A stretch of DNA of 64,000 nucleotides from Chlorokybus atmophyticus (taxonomy: Eukaryota; Plantae; Mesostigma and Chlorokybus algae). The notes under the pieces were generated by a model, which had not been told where the DNA came from, made no database searches, and was given only the letters and a program-made list of their open reading frames with translations. Where the stretch lies: assembly GCA_009103225.1 (NCBI GenBank), contig RHPI01002438.1, forward strand, positions 428,750 through 492,749, given 5' to 3'. Both the position numbers and the translations under genes were made by a program. Shown piece after piece: positions 54,990 through 64,000 of this stretch (its first letter is position 1; every line of letters starts with the position of its first letter).

Positions 54990-57900
54990 GTGACTGATGT
55001 AGATGCGGTTGATAGCCAGTTGCTTGAGATGCAAGCAGCAAACTGGTTTGATGATCTGTCTCAAGTGCATGTAATGACACATGCATGGCAAGCACATGAC
55101 AAGTGGCCACTCTTTGATGTTGAAAAAGTGGAAGAGAATGCTTGTGTGCTTGTACATGTGGAGTTCAACATGCTTACCGATGTGTTGCATGCATTGACTG
55201 AGTTGCAGAATAAGCACAGAACCTTGAGTATGGTGGTGATGGTGCCAAAGTATCATGGCCCATGGTTAAAACATACTCGCGGAGGGTCTGTGTTGAAGCA
55301 ATTCAGCAAGCGTGAAACAAGGACAGTACGGTTGTCAGCCATATTGATCAACCCTCGCATTAGTCACGGACTCTTGGCTACGTTTCAAGGACGGGTGGTA
55401 CCTCTGTTGTGGACATTTAGTGGCACAATGCAAGGTGTAAACAGTTCGTTCTTGATTGACACTGGTGCAACACACAACTTCGTTGAGGAACAATGGGTTG
55501 TGCGCAACAAGATAGCGTGTAAACCCTCAGCATTTTCAGCTGCCGGTGCGGGGGGTGCGTTGCCAGTGAAAGGGGAAATAAAAATGAAAGTAAAGATTGG
55601 TAACTATCATGCCACTCTTACTTTCATAGTGGTATCCATCGACATATCAGGTGTTGATGTGGTATTAGGACAGGAATGGCAGAAAAATGTCAAAATGACA
55701 TTGGATGCTGGCGCACGCTTGTGCACAGTACAGAAAGGTCGTAAGCGTGTAACATTGTCTGTGAAAGGGTCACATAGCTTGGACCACAAGCAGACCGACC
55801 CTGCGCTACTCACTGCACTGCAAGTGAAACGTGCGTTGCGCAAAAATACACCGGCTTTTCTGGTACATTTGACGTCGTCGGACGACTTTGTGCCGGGAAA
55901 TACAGAAGGTGTTGCAGACATCATTGAGGAGTATCAAGATGTGTTCTCAGATAAGTTGCCAGGCTTACCTCCTAATCGAGGTGTCGGACACACAATATCA
56001 CTCATTCCTGATAGTGAGCCTCCGTTTCGGCCTATATATAGGCTGAGCCCCCGAGAGAGGGGGGAAATGGAAACTCAAATCAAAGAGTTATTGGAAAAGG
56101 GATTGATTGAACCGAGTTCTTCACCCTTTGACGCGCCTATCTTGTTTGTGATGAAAAAGAATGGAAAGCTGCGCATGTGTGTGGATTACCGTGCTTTGAA
56201 CAAGATCACGGTAAAGAATCGATACTCGTTGCCCCGGATTGATGATGTGTTTGATAAACTGTCGGGAAATGTGTACTTTAGTACGTTGGACTTGACAAGT
56301 GGGTATCATCAAATCCGGATTCATCCTTCTGATGTTTACAAGACAGCATTCAGAACACCTTCGGGCCATTATCAATACAAAGTGTTACCTTTTGGATTGA
56401 CTAATGCGCCGGCAGTGTTTCAGAAGGAAATGAATAAGATTTTTGGTGGCATACTTGGCAAGTATGTTATGGTTTACTTGGATGACATCATTGTCTTTAG
56501 TAAAACCAAGGAAGAGCATAAGCAGCACTTGGAAGCGGTGTTCGCCTTGCTGCGTACACATCGCTTGTTTGCCAATCTTGCGAAGTGTGACTTCTGCAAG
56601 ACGGAGTTGCCATTCTTGGGGCACATTGTGAGCGGTGCGGGTGTGAAACCTGACCCTCGCAAAGTGCAAGTTGTAAAGGATTGGCCTCAACCTAAGAATA
56701 TCCATCAGCTGCGATCATTCTTGGGATTGGCAAACTACTTTCGCAAGTTTATGATGGGGTACTCCACAGTAGTGGTGCCTTTGACAAAACTGTTGCGAAA
56801 AGATGCTCCATTCTTATGGACAGCTGAACAAGAAGCTGCTATGCAACAGGTGAAGCTAGCTTTGACTTCTGCTCCAGTGTTGGCATTGCCAAACTGGGAC
56901 AAGCATTTCACTGTGGTTAGCGATGCGTCCACCCTTGGGTGTGGTGCAGTACTGTTGCAAGATGGCAGACCATGTGCTTATGAGAGTAGGAAGTTCATCC
57001 CAGCAGAGGTGAATTACACTACTACCGAGCAAGAGTTGCTTGGTATAGTACATGCTCTGGAAACATGGCGCTGTTACTTGGAGGGGGTTCAGTTCATAGT
57101 GGTGACTGATCATAATCCATTGGTGTATTTCTCAACACAGCAAAACTTGTCACGAAGGCAAGCCTGCTGGAATGAGTTTCTGTCTCGGTTTACCTTTGAG
57201 TGGGTATACCGGCCAGGCAGAACCAATGTTGCTGATCCTCTGAGTCGTTGTCCATCATTGTTGGCAGCTATGCGTGCGCAATTGCTTGCGACGCGCGGTA
57301 CATTGCCACCGGATGATGAGTTTGTGCAAGCTGTTGTGCAAGGGTATGCTTTTGACCCATGGTTCTCGTCAGAGGACAACGTGCAAAAGCTGAGCAAACG
57401 AGACAACTTGTATTATGTGGGCACCAGCTTGGTAATACCTGACCATGCTGGATTGCGTGCGAAATGCATAGCTGATGTACACGATCCACCGTACGCTGGG
57501 CACTTTGGCAGTCGCAAGACTGTTAAAGCAGCGCAACAGTTGTATTGGTGGCCATCGTTGCCTGTTGACGTAAAACGGTATGTGGACACGTGTGACAAAT
57601 GTCAGCGTGATAAGCCGTTACGTCAGAAACCCGCTGGTTTGCTGCGACCATTGCCTATTCCTGATGGCAAATGGGAAAGTGTGAGTATGGACTTAATTAC
57701 TGAGCTCCCAGAGACAGCATTAGGTCACACTGCGGTTGCAGTTTTTGTGGATCGTTTGACAAAAATGGTCCACATTGTCCCTTGTCGCACGGAGATAGGC
57801 TCCCGTGAGTTGGCGATGGTTTTTGTCGCGTATGTGTTCAAGTTGCATGGCTTGCCCCGCAACTTCGTGTCAGATCGCGATCCGCGATTTGTGGCTCAGT

Positions 57901-58751
57901 TTTGAAAGTCGCTATGCAGCTTCTTACACATTCAGCAGAACATGAGCACTGCTTACCATCCACAGACGGATGGTCAGACAAAACGCGCCAATCAAGTGAT
58001 TGAGGAAACCATCCGGCATTATGTGAGCCCGAATCAGAGTGATTGGGATATTTATCTCCCAATGGCTGAGTTTGCGATCAATAATGCATGGCAAGAGAGT
58101 GTGCAGGAGACTCCGTTCTTCTTGAATTACGGAGTGCATCCACTGAGTCCTGCGAACATTAAGTTGCCCGCTACTGACGTGACTCGCGTACCTGCAGCGC
58201 GCGAGATGGCTTCGGCCATGCAGGATAGGTTAGCGTTGGCAAAAGACTGTCTGCGCGCAGCGCAAGACAGACAAAAAGCCCAAGCTGATGCGCATCGTAA
58301 AGAGGCCAACTACGATGTGGGCTGTTCGGTGCTTTTAAGTACCAAAAATGTATCCATCAAGGGAGTGGGTACCCGCAAGTTTTTCCCTCGCTGGATGGGC
58401 CCTTTCAAAATAACTGATCGGGTCGGCACTCACGCGTATCGTTTGGACTTGCCAAAGTCGATACGCATTCACAATGTGTTTCACGTGAGTGTACTGAAAC
58501 CATACCGTTCTGACGGTCGGGTTCAACCTCCTCCACCCCCCGTTGCAGTGGATGGCGACGATACTTTCGAGTATGAGGTGGAAGCAATCCTGAGTCACCG
58601 TAAGCCTCGACGCGGACGCGCGGCTTCTTACTTGGTGAAATGGAAAGGGTATGGTGTTGAGCACAACACGTGGGAGCCCGAAAGGAATCTTACCAACTGC
58701 CAAGAGATTCTTCGGGGGTACTGGAGTGCTGTGTCCACACGCGGACGGTAA
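54990..58751 (+). pseudogene. pol: Retrotransposon Pol (protease, RT, RNase H, integrase, chromodomain) with a premature stop at 57903-57905
   Basis: FLIDTGAT, YLDDII, SDAS..GCGAVL, HDPPYAGH..CDKC, SMDLI, VSDRDPRF, WMGPF and YEVEAIL..YLVKWKGY..NTWEPE. TGA lies in the integrase core and the reading frame continues after it. Confidence 0.93.
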
Positions 58752-58861
58752 AAGGGTGTTGGCAGACATCTTTACCGCTTCGGCCCTGGTTCTCTCACTG
58801 CTTTGGTTCTCGGTGCTCATGGTGGGGCTTTGCTAACCCTTCAATGAGGACATTGAAACCT

Positions 58862-58874
58862 AAGTGGGGGGGAA
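58862..58874 (+). promoter_or_regulatory. Polypurine tract
   Basis: AAGTGGGGGGGAA immediately before the 3' LTR. Confidence 0.85.
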
Positions 58875-59241
58875 TGTAACGGAGTGCTACCTCTATAGAG
58901 GTTCCCCGCCCTGATTTAGGATTAAATAAGGGTCCCAACGGGTATATACAGCCAATTAAGCCGTATTAGGGCCGTTAACCTAGTGTTAAGGCCCTAATGT
59001 TGTTACTTAACTGTAACACTGATATCGACATGAGACATGAGTCTCATGTCGATATCGACATGAGACATGAGTCTCATGTCGATATCAGCTGTATGGCGGC
59101 ACTGCTAACGCAGCAGCCGCCATAGCCAGGGGATCTTCTGCTCCGGCAGTTGCCCCTGGCGGCGGCGGTGTGGTCGGCGTGGCTGGTGGTGGTGTTGGGG
59201 TAGGGGATTAAAGGGAGGAGGTAGCACCCCCTCACCTTACA
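58875..59241 (+). repeat. 3' LTR (367 bp)
   Basis: Near-identical to the 5' LTR, with a tandem duplication of the 30-nt unit GATATCGACATGAGACATGAGTCTCATGTC. Confidence 0.97.
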
Positions 59242-59456
59242 CTCTTCACTACTCCTACATTGCGCGCGCTGCGGGCGCTGTAACCCTTCCATGCAGTGCC
59301 AATGTCAGCACTGCATGGCGCAGGGACCTTGCGGTGCTGTTCGGTGGGTGCTGCACATATTGCCGGGTTCTTCGGGTTCTGGCGACTGCGTGTGCTGCTG
59401 TGCACTTGCAGTTGGTGGCGCTGACGGTTAGGTGCCGGTGGGATTGGGTGGTGGGG

Positions 59457-59457
<1 letters not shown>

Positions 59458-59509
<52 letters not shown>
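59458..59509. repeat. (GT)n microsatellite between the PLE 5' end and the RLE fragment
   Basis: Perfect TG run of about 25 units. Confidence 0.95.
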
Positions 59510-59511
<2 letters not shown>

Positions 59512-60646
59512 CGTTGCGGCGTGGCAGAGGGCGTATGTAACATCGGCGCCTTTACCCCTAGGCTACGGCAGCAAAAGTCGCTATTATAAGGGAAGCCACA
59601 TGCCCCATGTGTGTCCCATACCATATATGTTACATTCCTCCCAACCCATTACCCGTGGGGATCGCCGTGCATGAACCAAGCACGGCAACTTATACCCACG
59701 TCATTTATTGAGCTCGCCGCGACTTCAACGACCGTTAGTCGCATGCCTGACCCTTATCCCCGTCCCCGTGGGACTGAACCCATTACTGCGCGCCGATAGT
59801 CAATCATCGGGCAAGCCTGCGACCGTTCAGACGATCGTAGGTTCGTGAGCACCACCGCTTCAACGGGTGCAAACCCGCGCGATGCTTACAATAGTAAACT
59901 TGCCAATGTTTGCCTTGTATCGATTTTACGGCAATCAACACTTCTATCCCTCATGGGATTCGAACCTGTGCCGCTCAGCTCCGTTACCACTGTAACATCG
60001 GCGTCTTAACCACTAGGCTACGGCAGCAAACGTCGCTACCATAGGGGGAGCCACATGCCCCATATATGTCACATACCATATATGTTACAGCGTACCGTTA
60101 CATGCGGTGCGTGACAAGATGTTCGCCCTGCTGATAGAGGCGGGTTTTGTGGTCAGCCGCGAGCACTCAGGATTCATGCCCATACGCGCGGGAGGAGTGC
60201 AAGGCAGATAGTAGGACCTGGTGGCGTCTGAGCCGGGCCGCAACAAGAAGCTGTTAGACGTCACGGTCACACAGCGTGTGGGGATCGAGCTGGTGCGGGC
60301 ATGCGATTGGCGGAAGCTGCAAAGCATTGCAAGCATCGCAAGAATGCGACCACCCGTCAGGAGACACCTTCTACCCGCTTGCGATGGAGACGCAGGGGAC
60401 GTTGGGAAAGGACTTACAACATGTCAACTGCATTTGTGTGCGCGCCACATCGCTATAGTGCGAGGAGCGGAGCCAAGGCGTCTAGAGGGCTTCATCCGCA
60501 TTTGCCGTTAGCATATGGCATGCGCCTTGCAGCGAGCGCAGGTGATAGCGATCTTGGAGCGCGTAGCTGCGGCGGTGGCCGCGGTGCCGGGATGGGGTCT
60601 TGTGGCGCAAGGCCCTCCGACTACCGAGGCCGACGCGCTTGCTTAG
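59510..60646 (+). pseudogene. 3' fragment of an RLE-type (CRE/R2-like) non-LTR retrotransposon, interrupted by the TRIM
   Basis: With the TRIM and one TSD removed, the frame reads RCGVAEGVPLHAVRD..EAGF.V.RE..R**DL..LLDVTV. Frameshifted segments follow: AEAAKH.KH, FYPLAMETQGTLG and ALQRAQ..AILER. This is the motif order of restriction-like endonucleases. Confidence 0.72.
59536..60089 (-). mobile_element. Terminal-repeat retrotransposon in miniature (TRIM), 554 bp, non-coding
   Basis: Two 99-bp LTRs TGTAACAT...ATGTTACA (59536-59634 and 59991-60089, 11 mismatches) and TSD GCGTA on both sides. On the minus strand, PBS TGGTAACGGAGC (59989-59978) and PPT GGGTTGGGAGGAA precede the 3' LTR. Confidence 0.92.
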
Positions 60647-61407
60647 CATGACGGAGCGTGCGAGTTTGGTTGTCGGTTGGTTGTGTGCGGTTGACAATGA
60701 TTACAGAGCGTGTGCGTGTATGCACCTGCACACATGCGCAATGCTATTGCGCATAATACATGCAATCTTTACAAAATCACCAAAAGCTCTGCACTTCATC
60801 TCGCATGCTCCTCAAAGAGCGTTGTAAATGTATGAAATACTAGATCCTGTTATGCTGTAAATTCACAAGCGACTTTGGTCAGATTGTTGTCAAGCTCACT
60901 TGTTACTCATACCCCATCGTAATGAGAATATTTTATAAGACTTGTTTCGAAAATATATATCTCTACACTTAATTCAACTTTAGGTTGGGTGCGCGGTTGT
61001 ACTTGATCGACGTACAACCGAGGACCCATTTCCAACTTCTTGCAAACAATAAGCCAAATAAAACAGTCTTTGGACCTGATCCGCACATGGAGTTACCTAT
61101 TGAATCATGATTACAATGTGTAAAAACTTATTACACAATACTCCATTGCAGTCTTTGTACACCCAGTTTGCAACTGTCTACTGCAAGTGCATGATTAACT
61201 GCATGCAGACAGAAGCAGCGCACCTTCCCCCACAACATGCATGCGCAGACTGCAAGGACACAGCACCCACCGTTCAAAAGCTTTAAAAAAACAACAAAAC
61301 ATGATGACACAGAACCAACTCACTCAGCACACAGCGGTTAGAAAGGAATCCCATTACAACTGCAATACAAGGCGCAGCAAATAACTTTGCCCTAGCACAG
61401 GAAAATC

Positions 61408-62784
61408 TATGAGCTGGCGCCACTGCGAATGCGCGCAGCTCCCTTCTTCTTCTTGGGTGCGGCCTCGTCCAACTGCAAAAATTATGCTTACACACCAAAC
61501 TAACACTCATTGCACTGTTCAGCAGATATGCATCACAATTATCGCCATGCACAAGCGCACTCCCTGATTAGCATATTGCTCACCTCCTTCTTGACTGGTG
61601 CCTCCTTCTCGGATAGTATCAGCTCAATGTGGCACGGGGAAGACATGTATGCTGCAAACAATGCGATTGTAAGAGAATTAGATTCATATAACAACACACG
61701 CTGACACAGGGTGCACTTACGGTTGATGCGACCATGGGCACGGTATGTGCGCCTGCGCTGCCTCTGAGCCTGGTTCACTTGAATATGCGAGATGAACAGG
61801 GTCTCGACATCCAGCCCCTTTGACTGCAAAGCGAGACACACACGCATATAACAGTCAATGCTCACCATCTTCAGAGCATCAGCATGCTGGCTTCAAAGCA
61901 CCCAACTGGCGTAATGCTGCGAACACACACTTGAAGGCATTGTACAACACGCGTGAGAACCCTGAGCCAAAACAAACTGTGCACAAACCTCAGCATTGGA
62001 CTCGGCGTTCCTGAGAAGACCAAGCAGGAACTCGCAGGACTTCACTGGCCACCGGCCCTGGCCGTTGGAGTGTCCAGCAGCCTTCGCCTGCGCTGTGCGC
62101 CCTACACCGCCGTTGAAGCGCCTGAATGGAATTGCGCGCTTGTGGCCAACGACGTCCTCCAAGTATTTCTTGGCCTTGCCAACCTGCATCTTCCTAATCG
62201 CCATGGCCGTCTCGCGCGTGTTCTGCAACCACACGGCATTACAGACAGTAGTTGTGCAGTGAACTGTTGCGGCAGACGCTACACCACTACCGTCGACAAT
62301 AAACGGCACAAAGCTTGGGCTCTATGCATGTTACCTTGAAGTGGACGCGCAGATCTGAGCCCCTGGCCTTGCAGGACTTTGTGGCATCATCGGGCTCGCG
62401 CGCGTACTTCACCTGCAAAGGTTGGGAACGAAAGTCATACAACGCTTTGCACTTGATGAAGTGCATCTCAACAGCAGGCTCTTATGCGTAACCACTCAAG
62501 CACCAAACGCTCAGCTCGGCATTGCTGATCACTGCGACCCAACCTACAACATCCACTCTCTTGTACAATCACCATGCACCAAGGGCCAGCTAACCAAGAT
62601 CCCACTGGAGTAGCATAATCTTCGTGCCGCATAAACACAAACGAGGCCACACTGCTCCCAGACCACACCCAACCCACAGAACCAGTACTCCGCAGGCGCC
62701 TCATTGCCAGATCCAGCACAGCTCCCACCCCAACAACTCCCCAACTTAACCCTGAAGAGCTGCTGACATACACACACTCACCAT
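61408..62784 (-). CDS. RPL17: 60S ribosomal protein L17 (uL22), 6 exons
   Basis: ATG|GTGAGT micro-exon, then [50 protein letters not shown] and [25 protein letters not shown]. Confidence 0.98.
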
Positions 62785-62880
62785 CGTGCCGGCGGACGAC
62801 GGCGCCGCGTAACCCGGCGGCGGTGGCGGCGGCGGCGGCGGCGACAGCGGCGCCTAAGAGACCGGTGATGGAGGCTGAGT

Positions 62881-62888
62881 TAGGGTTT
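62881..62888 (-). promoter_or_regulatory. Telo-box (AAACCCTA) upstream of RPL17
   Basis: Exact motif about 100 bp upstream of the ATG. Telo-boxes are typical of plant ribosomal-protein promoters, but an 8-mer can occur by chance. Confidence 0.4.
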
Positions 62889-63533
62889 GGCCCGCCGCCG
62901 CCGGAACTCACCACGATATCTGCTGCAGAACCGATATCGGCACGGCGTGACGCCCGCCTGCGCGATCCGCCCCTCTTGAACAGCGCGCGCCTCCGCTTTG
63001 CACAGCAGCGCAGCGGCTTACACGAGTAATGACCTGCCGCGCTGTACAGAGTGTTGTAGTAGCGGCTGGCACGTGATGCGGGAAAGTGTGGTGCGGAGGT
63101 CAACGCTGAGCAGTGTCCTGGTATTGCTGGGGCAAGGTGACAGCGCTTGCGGCTTTGAAAGAGTGACTGGTGCGCGTGGAGAGCTGGTTCTGAGCTGCGT
63201 GCAGAGAAGAAGGCGAAAGGTGCGTATGCTTTGTACGACCAGCTAGCTATTGATTGGTGTGAAGGAACTGCTGTTGGGCTTTCTGGTGGGTGCCTTCTGA
63301 GGTGTACAAAAGATGCAAGAGGCAATGTATTTTCTTGCCACTCTTGTATAGTGTGGTTGAGTTATTGAGATCAATCGTAGTCAAATCTGTGCTATGATAT
63401 CATGGGTGCTGGTAGATTACGCTATGGGTAGATTGGTGCAGATTGCGCTTAAACGCAACTGCATGCACTGCCTGTAAACTCTATGCACGTTTGTTCATAC
63501 TGACTTTGCACTTGTAGTGACCTCTGAGGGGAC

Positions 63534-63802
63534 ATGGACCATCCAGGCGGAGAGCGCAATGTCATTGAGTCGTATGCGTACAGTTTCGAGGTGCAGAGCT
63601 TACTGTCCAACATGGTGCACTCCCTCATCACGCACACGCCTGACGGTATGCCTTGTTTTACTGTGTAACATGACGACATTGCATTTACAACTGCTGATGA
63701 GTATGTTTTTGCTCTGCAGATCCAGTCAAGTATATGATTGAGTGGCTGCAGCAAGAGGAAATCAGACGAAAAACCACACCGCAGGCACAAGTGGCGAATT
63801 AA
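63534..63802 (+). CDS. Small (64 aa) RIIa/Dpy-30-like dimerisation-docking domain protein, 2 coding exons
   Basis: Exons 63534-63645 and 63720-63802 join in frame: MDHPGGERNVIESYAYSFEVQSLLSNMVHSLITHTPDDPVKYMIEWLQQEE... This fits the Y..V..LL..M...L....PDDP..YM..WL pattern. Confidence 0.75.
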
Positions 63803-64000
63803 CCCATTCTTGCCAACCCATCTGACTGACTAGTAAGGCTTTGTACCCTAGCATATTGTATATTACAATGGATATCTATTGCGCTTCTGCTACAAACCGC
63901 CAATTACCTAGTTTCAATTGATGTGGCTGTACCACACCCAACGGACATGTTGCTGCGTCCCTTGGTCGGCTCAACAGTATGACTGACACTTGGCTCAGCC

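Larger units (their letters stand above)
52336..59241 (+). mobile_element. Full-length Ty3/gypsy chromovirus LTR retrotransposon
   Basis: TG...CA LTRs, 5-bp TSD CTCTT (52331-52335 and 59242-59246), PBS, PPT, gag, and PR-RT-RH-IN-chromodomain order. Confidence 0.97.
47263..59459 (-). mobile_element. Degenerate Penelope-like retroelement, Chlamys-type (N-terminal GIY-YIG plus RT), with direct terminal repeats and nested insertions
   Basis: Direct repeats of about 430 bp at 47263-47693 and 52042-52335 plus 59247-59459 (the second split by the gypsy element). GIY-YIG fragments lie at 51330-51615, RT fragments at 49270-50850 and the thumb at 47760-48060. Both ends abut (GT)n. Confidence 0.85.

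Noticed and set aside
52507-59292. Small minus-strand ORFs 52507-52698 and 59074-59292 repeated twice
   Set aside because: They are antisense translations of the two LTRs. A CRISPR-like or coding repeat interpretation is not supported.
59945-60027. Possible tRNA gene (apparent TTA suppressor anticodon) on the minus strand
   Set aside because: The acceptor stem does not pair, the anticodon loop has G33 and the T stem has two mismatches. It straddles a TRIM LTR/PBS junction, so it is treated as promoter-like sequence, not a tRNA.

Overview
Eukaryotic nuclear DNA from an intron-rich, GC-rich green-lineage organism. Land-plant-like NMNAT and AE7 proteins, a U12-type AT-AC intron and flagellar genes (DRC8/EFCAB2, a small RIIa/Dpy-30 protein) point to an early-diverging streptophyte alga such as Chlorokybus or Mesostigma (inference). 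The raw ORF track is mostly uninformative because genes are split, so all gene models here were spliced by hand and are unverified. Positions 1-44.5 kb are gene-dense: organellar TyrRS, a secreted E1-like GH5 glycoside hydrolase, a mitochondrial carrier, PhzF-like, NMNAT, tRNA-Ile(AAU), RPS8, AE7/CIA2, CRAL-TRIO, cytosolic HSP70, DRC8, an ankyrin-MEKK fusion kinase and one orphan gene. Positions 47.2-60.7 kb hold a nested retroelement cluster around (GT)n microsatellites. It contains a degenerate Chlamys-type Penelope-like element (N-terminal GIY-YIG plus RT, direct terminal repeats) and a young full-length Ty3/gypsy chromovirus inserted in its terminal repeat. It also contains an RLE-type (CRE-like) non-LTR fragment and, inside that, a complete 554-bp TRIM. 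RPL17 and a small docking-domain gene close the window. The best novelty candidate is the TRIM: it has a tRNA-like Pol III promoter with the A box inside the LTR and the B box just past the PBS, and it shares LTR termini, PBS and PPT ends with the adjacent chromovirus. That chromovirus has hairpin-array LTRs, an in-frame gag-UAG-pol junction and a possible degenerate adenine-MTase-like domain.
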